From: Basidiobolus meristosporus CBS 931.73
Lineage: Eukaryota > Fungi > Basidiobolomycota
Assembly: GCA_002104905.1 (NCBI GenBank)
Contig: MCFE01000090.1
Span: forward strand, 62,001 to 126,000
DNA length: 64,000 nt
Direction of reading: 5' to 3'
Both the position numbers and the translations under genes were made by a program. Numbering within the stretch: position 1 is the first letter of the stretch; each line of letters opens with the position of its first letter. Under the pieces are notes generated by a model, which was given only the letters and a program-made list of their open reading frames with translations, searched no databases and was not told the DNA's origin. Positions 27,401 to 37,390 of this stretch are shown here, in pieces.

Positions 27401-28628
27401 GTACAAGGTCAAACTTGCAGTTCCCAAATATATAAGCCTGTAGGTCTTCTTCATAGTCATTGATCTTCATTCTTACTGGCTGGGTAATACGGTTGATTAT
27501 GTGAGAGTTCCCATTAGCTGTGGAGACTGAAGTTGATTTGGCAGGTTCCAAGTTGATTCCAGCTTTCAAGGCAAATAGCTCCGACATGTACTCATGCGAT
27601 GCTCCTGAGTCAATCATGATCTTGGCAGGTACTCCATTGATTACTCCATTCAAGTACAATAACTTCCCTGAGTTTGAGGTCATTTGGGACAAGTACTCTT
27701 CTGTCATATGGAAGGTGAGTTCCAAGTCTTCTTCAAGTTCATCTTCCACATTACTGTGTTCATGGGACTCAATATGGTTGAAGGTTCTTGTTGGCTGATG
27801 TCCATTTCTTCTCTGAGGGCAGTACTTTGCAATGTGTCCTTGCTGGTGGCAATTGAAGCAAAGTCCTTTCTTCTTACATTCTTCTGAGGTAGGATTCTTC
27901 TGCATAGCATCTATTTCCATTGGTACTACTTCTGATTGTCTTCTTTCATAATGATTGTAGCCTTTCTGATTAGTCACTGTAGGCTTCCCAACTCCAAACA
28001 TAGCTGAGTCATAGTCAATGGCAATCTTGATGGCTTCTTCAATAGTCTGAGGTCTTTGGTAATTGACTTCCTTGCAAGTTTGTTCTTTCATCCCATCAAT
28101 AAAGTATTCAACTTGATCCAAGGGGTCCATTCTTTCAATTTGTCAAAGTAGACATCTGTACTCATAGATGTATTCTTGCACCATTCCTTTCTGTCTGAGT
28201 GTCTTTAACTTCCTTCTTAGTAGTGTCTGCTGGTGTGGAGGCTCAAAAGCATCCTGAATTTCCGATACAAACTCATCCTAGGTAGAGATTGTAGAGCATC
28301 CCATCATAGTGGCCGACCAAATCTTGTTGTGGTACCACTGTAAAGCTGCATCTGCCAGGTAAGAAGCTGCATAATGCAACTTGCTTTCTGGAGCAATTCC
28401 TTTAGCTTTAAAAGCTTCTTCAATCTGAAAGAGCCAAGTTCCCAGGTTTTCATTGACTCTGCCATGGTACTGGTTGACCTTCACACTAAAGTTGCTCTTA
28501 ACAGGGCTTTGCTGGTTCTGAGCCATGGTAGTCATTCCTTATTGCTGTTGGCTGAGGATAGGGAGTAACTGTTGCTGTTGGGCCAGGATTTGCTGCATGG
28601 CATTCTTCCATTCTTGATTGTCCGACAT
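24477..28628 (-). pseudogene. Single-frame gag-pol of element C (1384 codons, four premature stops, no frameshift)
   Basis: ATG at 28628 is in frame with track ORFs 28278-28535, 26220-28130 and 24477-26219. Motifs: [14 protein letters not shown] knuckle, IDSGASH protease, YLDD RT, TDASDYAIG RNase H, HHCC plus DFIG/SDRG/E integrase. Stops at 28539-41, 28278-80, 28143-45 and 26220-22. Confidence 0.95.
24485..24494 (-). promoter_or_regulatory. Polypurine tract of element C (CAGGGGAGAA)
   Basis: Purine run abutting the 3' LTR. Element A has the equivalent at 13406-13416. Confidence 0.8.
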
Positions 28629-28675
28629 CTTGAGGGTAGTTTCTTCTTTCTTCAGGAAGGGGGTTTCTGGTTATT

Positions 28676-28685
28676 GCTGCTACCA
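28676..28685 (-). promoter_or_regulatory. Primer-binding site of element C (TGGTAGCAGC), probably for tRNA-iMet
   Basis: Lies 1 nt inside the 5' LTR and begins TGG. Fungal initiator tRNAs typically end -GCUACCA, so the tRNA identity is an inference. Confidence 0.7.
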
Positions 28686-31551
28686 ATGTTACAAGTCTTG
28701 GTATAAGAGTTGTAGAGGAATAGGGAGTTTAGCTAGTATTGTATTCACTAAAACTTGAACTGATTTTTATTGAGGTTCCAGCAGCTCCTTATATACATTT
28801 TGTCAGATCAATTGCTGACTAATTGTATTTCCTAATGTAGGTTGCGGCTGATGACTCATTTGATTGCATCATCATCGCCTAATAAGATCCTACTTAATAT
28901 ATCTATTTCTGTCTGATAAGGATCTGCTGATTCATTTGCTGACTAATGCTACTAATTTCATAGATAATACTGATATACTGATAACCTAAACATATACTAA
29001 TTGATTTGACTAAAAAACTGATCTAACTTAAACATTCAAGCGGCAGATCATTACAGAAGACCTACAGGCCTATATATTTGGGAACTGCAAGTTTGACCTT
29101 GTACTTGGAAAACCCTGGCTATTTTGTTGAAATCCATGAACCAACTGGAGAACCCATGCTACTCAGATCCAGAAGGACAACAAGACCAATGAGCCATTAC
29201 CTGCTAGACTGGATTTCAACTTGGTCAATTCCAGTGCATGTAAAACAAGTGAACTTAGCAAGATGTATTTCTGTGGAGCCCTTAGAAATGGCACCCAGAT
29301 GTTCCTCATGGCAGCATTATGGGAGGATTCCTTAATTCTAGTACCCCACAAGGTCCACACTCTTTTGAGAGAATATTAAGACATATTTCCAAATGAACTT
29401 GTAATCCTACCACCAGTAAGAGATGTGGATCATACCATTTACACAGGAGATAGCCCTCCAGTGAGTAAGACACCCTACAGAATGAGTCCATTGAAATTGG
29501 AAGAGATGAAGAGACAAAAAGACCAGTTATTGGAACATGCATATATCAGACCCAGCAACTTGCCTTGGGAGCACCTGTACTTTTTGTAAAGAAGAAGGAT
29601 AGAACACTTAGGATGTGCATTGACTACAGAGCCCTCAACTCAGTTACCATGAAGAATAAGTACCTACACCTTAAATTGATAAGCTTTTGGACCAGCTTAA
29701 TGGAGCCACTATATTCAGCAAAATGACCTCATGTCAGGATACAACCCAACTTGGGTGAAGCCAAAAGACATCCCTAAGACAGCATTCAGGACCAGATATG
29801 GACATTACAAGTACCTAGTCATGAGTTTTGGCCTCACCAATGCCCCTGCAACATTTATGACCCTGATACAGACTGTCTTCCAGGAGTACTTAGACAAACT
29901 TGTGATCTTCTACCCAGATGATATATTGATGTACAGCAAGACATCAGAGGATCACTTGGTGCACATTGAAAAGGTCTTGAAGAAGCTAAGAGAGAACAAA
30001 CTATATGGCAAGCTAGCCAAGTGTGGATTCTTCAAGGAACATGTTCAATAACTATGACACATAGTGACTAGCACAGAAGTGACCTTAGACCCTGCGAAGT
30101 TTGAAGTTATCAAGAATCTGAAGCAGCCCCATTGCATATCAGAGCTCAGTTCATTCCTTGGAATGGTTTCCTATTATTGGAGATTTGTCAAGTCTTTTGC
30201 GAGTATTGCAGCCCATTTGACTGATATCCTCAAGAAAGACAATACCTACAAGTGAGACATAGCTTGTGAGATAGCCTTCCAGATGCTCAAGAATGGGCTT
30301 GCTAAGCTGACAAGTTTAAAAATACCTGACTTCAGAAAAGAGTTTACTCTGTACACAGATGCTTCAGATTATGTATTTGGTGGAGTGTTGAGCCAAGAAC
30401 ATGGGGAAAGGACTACCCAGTTGCCTTTGAACTAAAGAAACTGAACCCAGCACAACAAAACAATCCTGTACATGAAAAGGAGATACTTGCTATTAAACAC
30501 TGATTGAAGACATGGAGATGTTACATTGAAGGAGTCAAGTGCACTGTGATGACTGATCACCCCTCATTCAAGTATAAATTTACTCAGAAGGTGCTCTCCA
30601 GATGATAGACAAGATGGAGCAAATACATTCAGCAATTTTACTGGGAGAATGTATACTGCCCTGAGAAATACAATAGAGTTGCTAATACCTTATCAAGATT
30701 AGAACAAGTTGCACATCTCAATTTGGTACAAGAATCAGATAGGCCCAGCGTATTACCAAAGTACTTGGAGCACCAAGACATTCCTAATGAGGTGGATGGG
30801 GAGTTCAAGAAGATAATCTGGGATGAAGCCAGCAAATTTGTGGTCCAGGATGAAACACTCTACCAAATTATTGATGGAAGCCCTAGTACCTATTGCCCTT
30901 ATGTTACTTGCCTGGATTTAGTACATAAGCTACACAATGGATATAGACATCTTGGAATTGAAGGAACCTTTAGCCTTATGAATGCCAGAGCATGGTAGCC
31001 CAGAATGAAATAAGACATCAAGAAGCTAGTGAAGACATGCCTAAATTGCCAAATCAATCAAGGCCAACCACAGAGAATTGCCAAATTCTTTCCTTTGAAG
31101 CCTGTAAGACCATTGGAAAATGGGGAATTGAGCTTATTGAATGACTGCTAACCACCAGGAAATGCAGCCATTGGATCCTAATAGCTCAGGTTTCATATAA
31201 CTTTGCTATATTTTCTGGTGGTCTTGAAATGGAAGTAGGTGAGTCCATAGCAGAGATGGTATTGTATATTCATGTATGTGTGGTGCAACAATCTTATTTG
31301 TAGTGCTTACTAAAGTGAGTATCATTAAATGTTACATTCATGTAAGTAGAAGGTCTCAAATGCAAGACTGTCTTAAATTTAGATGAGTATTAATAAAAAG
31401 TGATATAATAGTGCTACCTAGCTGAGTGTTGATCTCTTTGCCCCATGGTCAAGACTACTCTTTTTCTGCATTATAATAGAAGAGAAAATATGTTGTGACT
31501 ATTGCAACAAACTTATCAGGCATGAAGCATACCGACAGCAAAGAAGGTATC

Positions 31552-32733
31552 TGTTGTGTTGTATTATGATTAGTTTGGGGCTTGTTCTATAATGTAGAGG
31601 CTAATCAACAGTATACAGCAATTTGTAGTATGCTAATACTGAAACAGTTTATTGGGAGTTTGATATACGGATAGAAGATATATCTTTCACCAATTTCCTC
31701 AATCTTAGGCTCAAAATATACTGTAGGCAGTGTTTATCACTTCTACAGCAGTGTTCTGACCTTGTGTCTACTAATGGGCTTATTTACTTTTATAGTAACT
31801 TTTCCTTATTTGGAAGTCACTTTCCTTTCTGAGAAAATATTTCCTAATATGGAAATTCTAAACTCCCCTTTAACCTAAAGGGGTGTGTTGTAGAAGTCTC
31901 TAAAGGGGTGTCTAAAGGGGTGTCTTTAGAGTAAAGGGACCTCTTGTAGTGATCTCTAAAGTGGACTTTACATTAAAGGGGTGCCTAAAGGGGTTTCTTA
32001 AAGGGGTCTCTAAAGGGGTCATTAGACTAAAGGGGTGTCTAAAGGGGTGTCTCTAGAGTAAAGGGGTTTCCTAGAGGGTACTTTTCCAACAGAAAAGTGG
32101 TAGTTTCTTGTAGAACTTAGATTGGATTCTTGTGAGCTTTGCAGTCTCTTTACTGATGTAGTACCAATCAAAGTCAGAATACTCTACAGTGCAAGTGATG
32201 CAGGGGAAGTCTTATATCCTTTAAACTTGTAATTGTAGTGTGGAGATTCTGGAAAGCAAGGCTCTCTTTATATTTCAGCTGGGGAAGTCATATATATGAA
32301 AATTTTGAAGGATCAAATTTTTGGGCAATTGCACAAGCAATACACGTGATACAAAGCTAAAATGTTGAAGTGGTGCAGATTGGACATAGGTGCAGCATCT
32401 GTGAAAATATCACGTGATTTGAAATCTTCTGGAACCTTGTCATTAGTTATAACCTGGCAATCAGTAAAGGTATTTATGGGAAGTTAATCCCTCATCAATC
32501 AATTGTACTGCTTCAAATGAGCTGTAATTTGAAACATGTGTTGGCTACTACATGTTCTGTATGACATAATATTCTTGGGTGGATTGCTTGTCAGGGTCTG
32601 GAGCATTTGTTCTTCAAAGTTGGAAATTCTTGATCTTTCACTTGTGTGTTACCATAGCAAAAAGCAAAATAAAGAAATGAGTGCAATATTGATTTAGAGA
32701 TATTGTAGTAATGGAATACTTTCCATTACCACA
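31552..32733. repeat. Solo LTR E1 (about 1.18 kb), 4-bp TSD TATC
   Basis: TGTTGTG...TACCACA termini, with TATC at 31548-51 and 32734-37. Near-identical to 46428-47667. Confidence 0.9.
31865..32080 (+). repeat. G-rich TAAAGGGG(T) array inside LTR E1
   Basis: Ten perfect TAAAGGGG copies plus variants, interspersed with CTTTAG. It opens with the hairpin CCCCTTTA-acc-TAAAGGGG (31865-31883). Confidence 0.9.
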
Positions 32734-32959
32734 TATCACAAGGATTGCAGCCAGTGTTTTGCAATATAATGCTGACTTGAGTATTTATCAGGCACTACTG
32801 CACCAATAACATCTTACTCCAATCACAGCTGCCTTATATTCAAGCCCATGCTGACAGAGCTTGCAGTTGTCTTGACCTTGAAAGCTTTTGTAAATTGTCA
32901 TCTCAAAGGGTGCTGATCCCATTATATACTCTTGTTAAGATGTTAACTGGGCTAGGGAC

Positions 32960-33147
32960 TGTAGCATTGTACTTTTCCCTTTACAAGCTTGTGGGTGTAT
33001 TCCTCTTCACATCAGAGTAAAGATAAAACACAGGTATTCCTAGCAAGCTATTGCCAGAGGCTATTGCACCTAGTGAGCACTCCACTCACAAGCACTTGAG
33101 AAGTGTCAGATGTATCTTTCTCTTGGACTTATACACCTCCATAACAA
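32960..33147. repeat. Diverged terminal fragment of a D-type LTR
   Basis: ACAAGCTTGTGGG...CACTTGAGAAGTG...TTGGACTTATACACCTCCATAACA parallels 34250-34410 and the reverse complement of 2558-2720. Confidence 0.6.
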
Positions 33148-33855
33148 CATTAGATGGTGAGAACTGCAGTTGCTTTCTCACACTTCTGTGTCTTGGGATT
33201 GGGTAGACTTTTTTCACTGTACCTTTGCATTTTCACTGCCAGGTCTTTCACTGCTACTTTTACAAATTGCTTTGTTCATTATACTACATTTTCTGCTCAA
33301 CTAATGCTGCATTAGTGCTCCTCTTTCTGCCTACTAGTCAGCACTCCTCTGGCTGTTTGATGTTTATATGCTGCTTGTTAGGGCTTTTGGCCTTTATTTA
33401 ATATTCACTTGAGAAGATACTGACTTGCAGCCATTGCAGCCTTGTACTTTGCCTTTGATAGTGACTAATACTCATGATATACTCTCTTAGCATACCAATG
33501 TAGGCTCAAGAGCTATTAACTTGCTTGAACCCAGGATAATGCTAATAAAAAAGATCAAACACATTCTGCTTGACCTTCAGATCCTGTTGGACTCATGGTC
33601 TGCTGGACTTAAGGTAGTGGAAGGCCAGACTTGGTACAGTCTCTTGAACATCAGCCCTGTCATGTTGATAAACTCAATGACTGCACAGACATTAGATGTC
33701 TTTGGATTCCTAGGTTCTGGTACATGCTTACAGTCTCTACCTCCCATGCTATGATAGGTTTTTTGTGAGCTTTATATCCGCAGACTGTATTGTTCTCCAA
33801 AGACTCTATGGTTTTCCTCTGATATTATATTGTGCAGTTACTCAATTGTTGGCAG

Positions 33856-34410
33856 TCCCTTTTATCAATATACCAACTTGTTGATTAGTGTGATCACTGC
33901 TACCTGCTGTTATCTGAGCTTCCAACCCCAGACCACAGGACACTCCCAGGAAACTTTGCTGACAGCCAACTGATCTTGGAGGCACTACTTGTGAGGAATA
34001 CTCAGAGTAGGTGTCTTTTATTATATTTGATTCTTTCCCAAGTTTGTTCTTGTACAGGCAAAGATACTTATCTGTCTTTGTAACTATTGACCACAGCTGC
34101 ACTCTTATCAAGTTGCTGTTGGTGGAGTTTACAGTTGTTGTGACTTTGGAAGCTTTAGTACATTGTAATCTCAAGGGACGCTGAACTCAGCACATACTTT
34201 TGTTAAGACGCCAACTAAGATGGAGCTTGTAGTTCAATTGTTTCCCTTGACAAGCTTGTGGCTTCATTCCCCATCATATTAGATTAGAGACAGAACCCAA
34301 GTATTCCAAGCAAGCTTTTGCCAGAGGCTATGGCACCCAGTGAACACCCCACACACAAAACACTTGAGAAGTGTAAGACGTATCTGTCCCTTGGACCTAT
34401 ACACCACCAC
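33856..34410. repeat. Truncated copy of the 2558-3619 LTR, opposite orientation
   Basis: Track ORFs 33842-34174(-) and 2860-3132(+) share IRVQLWSIVTKTDKYLCLYKNKLGKESNIIKDTYSEYSSQVVPPRSVGCQ. Confidence 0.85.
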
Positions 34411-34976
34411 TGCTTCAACCTGTAATGTTTGCATCACATGTGCAATTGGATACTGTTATTAAGGTAGGCAAAATCCAGTATTTGGATTTGTTTCTTGAAT
34501 TTAAATGGAACTAAATGTGTATCACACTATAAACTACACTGATACTTACCATTTTGGTTACTATCACACCAATTGGATGGTATCTCAGTGGTTAATTGGT
34601 CCAAAGGTATATCAACACTGTCAGCCCCTAATTGGCTCTTTGACTAATACACAAGGTACCTAATTTGCCATCAAATATCCTATTTTGTCCATTAAGCAAG
34701 TGAATCCCTGGTCCTAGTGATTGGACATGGTGTCATAGCTAGCACACAACCAGTTGTATTAGTGCAAATCAGATCAAATGGCTGCACTGGTGCCACAGAT
34801 CATGTATACATATGCAGGGTGTTTATTTATAGGGGTCCTGTCTTATGCGTTGGACAACCTTAATATTACTTATATCAAAAACTGAGTGATCACTGATTTG
34901 CAATGGCTTAATGCGGATTGCAAAAAAAATACATTGTTTAAATCATGACAAATAATAGCAATTCAATGCAATTGCA

Positions 34977-36800
34977 TCATCTTCTCCTAGGTCTTTTTCT
35001 CACAGGGACTACTACTGAAGCATTTGGCAATGATTCACTTTGCACACCTAAACTACTTTCTTGTTGACTATCCTTTTGGCTACTTGTGTATTTACAGTCA
35101 GTATTTTGCCTCCTAGTTGATGAGTGCAATGCTGCAGCTTGGCTGTGCTGAATCACTCTGGATGATGCAACTGAGCTGGCCTGCAGTGCTATGCACTGAC
35201 ACATTCTTTTACTTGCCTAAGGCACTGGTGGTGGAGGCACTTCAGGTGGGTCATCATCAGTCAGTTCACCTGAAGAAACTTGCTGATGGTCAGGTATAAT
35301 GGCATGTGCAGATGCAACTTGATGCGTTGGCATGGCCCTTGGCTGAGTTTGATGTGATGCCACTTGTTGACACAACTTGTCCCACTCCAATGAACTTGTG
35401 TCTTTATGAGCAGTTTGGTAAGTTCTGGTGGTTTTGCTCTGAAGCGCATGTGCTGACCTGACATGTATTGACTTGATGCAGGGCACTCTTGTGAAGGGTG
35501 TTGGAGTAGTTTGGACTGATGTGCACCAGCATGCTGAAGTTGCAAGAGATGGTAAGGAATTCAGCAAGGCATGCTGGCACAATCTAAATGCTGTTGCTTG
35601 CAGTCTGTATTCTTCCTCTTGAAGTTCACCTTCTGGTTCCTGAAGGTATTCACTTACCTTCTTTCTGATACTTTGGAACTGTTGCCTAAATGAGTCCTGT
35701 GTATACTGCTCTTGGAAGCCACTTAGCTCTGCAATATATCATGTAATACATTGGTCTTTGAGGCAAAACTCATTCAAAATATCTTTGCTTCCCAAAGTTG
35801 AGAAACAAACAGATGCGTCTGGCCTGTACTGAGTAAACTGCATGCAAAATTGTTCCTGCATGGCTTCCTCATCAAATCCTCTTACTCTCAGCTCATTCTT
35901 GATTTCAGTACTTGTCTTGTTATATATCTTCTTACATACATCTGCTGGAATCTTGATGTAGAAGTCATGCCACAGCTTTCTACTCAGGCTCTTGCATCTC
36001 TGTTGATAGGTCCTATGATGCAGATGTGTAGGGAGATAGAAAGACAAGTCAAGTTACAGGTATTACTATATCCCAGTCTCATTCAAAATATAACCTTGAA
36101 GTCTGTCATGAATTTAATAAGTTGGCACATGGAGGACAGCCCAAAGAGTTTGAAAATACTGAGGACAAATGTGTACCAGTAAACACTTATGCCTTTAGCA
36201 TTCAGAAGCTAAGCTGCCCTAATGAGTGGGTAATCAGTTAGGAAGTGAACTGTTGGGCTGGACACAACAAGTAACCAAGCTTTATTAATACAACTTTACA
36301 ATAGTATACCAGGCTTCTCCTGATTACAAGCCAATTTCTGCACCTGTCAATATGGAATTTATACAAACAAGTGCCAGAGTGCACCTATATGGGGGACTAG
36401 AATTCATCAATAAGAAGAAATATATTGGCCAAGTACCAAAATGTTCTTTGCAGATATTTAAGATCTAGTCATGTCAGAAGTGGTGGCAACCAAGCATTTG
36501 TTTATAGGAAGCATATGTTACCAACTATGCAAGGTATAAGATACCTTTGCAAGTATCACACTGATAGGCTGAAAAGTTGAGGTGATAGAGGTGTGTTAAT
36601 TGCAGTAATTGTGCAAATATGTAGAGCTTAGTCAGCATGAGGCCATATTTTTTTTGCTTCAAGCTATATGTGGAATAGCTATTACAGTTGGGCAATGCAA
36701 ATATCAAAGGGTGATTTTACAGTGGAATATATGGATGGTGCAAGGGGGGTAGAAGAAGAATATACCATTTGGAACATTGCTACAGTAGCATTACACAGAA
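34977..36800 (-). pseudogene. Decayed gene of unknown function (helical C-terminal half, basic NLS-like end)
   Basis: Track ORFs 35739-36047, 35217-35582 and 34977-35204 share one frame, separated by few stops. It ends PVRKRPRRR*. CpG-depleted like the TEs. Confidence 0.45.
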
Positions 36801-37019
36801 CTAGTTAGAGTCTATTGTACTGTCATGATAATGCTTACAGAGGTCCAAAAAAGGCCATCAAAACACTGTCAAGTTTCTTGCTATGTATAGCAATTGCTTG
36901 GACTGGCTTTAAGTCCCATCAAAAGCTCATTCAAATGCCATCAAATTTTTACCTTATTTTGCAGGAAAACCAGAAAACACATCACAATCCTGCCATATAA
37001 TTATACAGAGGGTCATTAG

Positions 37020-37390
37020 TTCCAAGCTACCAGCATTGTAACATCCTCATCTTGCAATCCTGATAGCTGATCTGGATGGAATCCACTCATGAAATCAAAT
37101 TAGTTATCATAAAACTAGGAAAATTTTTGGTCAAGGATCATACATCTTGCCATATCAATCATTGATCTGTTTACACTCTGACACCCCATTTTGCTTTGGT
37201 GAGTATGGTACAGTAGTCTCTAGCTTTATCCAATGAATATTGCTAATGTAGATTACTCTCTACCATTTTTAGCACACATTTCTTGATTGTTTCACCAGTT
37301 TTGCTCTCCACCAGAGCTTTGAGCTTACTGAACTCAGACAGAGCTTCTTCTTAACTTTCCTTGATGTAGGTCCACATGTTTCTTGCAGAA
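37020..37390 (-). mobile_element. Copia integrase-core fragment, inverted relative to the adjacent cluster
   Basis: The reverse complement reads EEALSEFSKLKALVESKTGETIK...ETTVPYSPKQNG...SMIDMAR, like 53782-54450. Confidence 0.75.

Larger units (their letters stand above)
24116..29055 (-). mobile_element. Ty3/gypsy element C (full-length, youngest copy) with 4-bp TSD GAAG
   Basis: LTRs at 24116-24484 and 28687-29055 differ at about 11 of 369 positions by eye. GAAG flanks both ends (24112-24115, 29056-29059). Confidence 0.97.
22505..31187 (+). mobile_element. Ty3/gypsy element B, 3'-truncated within IN and interrupted by element C
   Basis: 5' LTR at 22505-22874, PBS-like TTGTAGCAGC, gag from about 22932. 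Protease [11 protein letters not shown] (23854-24135). The frame resumes at 29056 ([11 protein letters not shown]), and RT/RNase H/IN fragments continue to about 31187. No 3' LTR. Confidence 0.92.
31190..33850 (-). repeat. Family R fragments (inverted), interrupted by solo LTR E1 and a D-type LTR fragment
   Basis: 31250-31550 and 32738-32780 are reverse complements of the 8160-8520 and 11740-12050 segments. 33160-33400 matches 10500-10730, and 33730-33800 matches 9140-9200. Confidence 0.65.

Noticed and set aside
31865-32080. TAAAGGGG array as a telomere or interstitial telomere remnant
   Set aside because: It sits at the same internal position of two TSD-bounded solo LTRs and is irregular, so it is part of the LTR. 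A captured telomeric origin remains untested.
36200-36720. CACTA transposase C-terminus or RING finger in the long minus frame
   Set aside because: The resemblance is weak and the region contains a probable intron acceptor, so the frame is unreliable.
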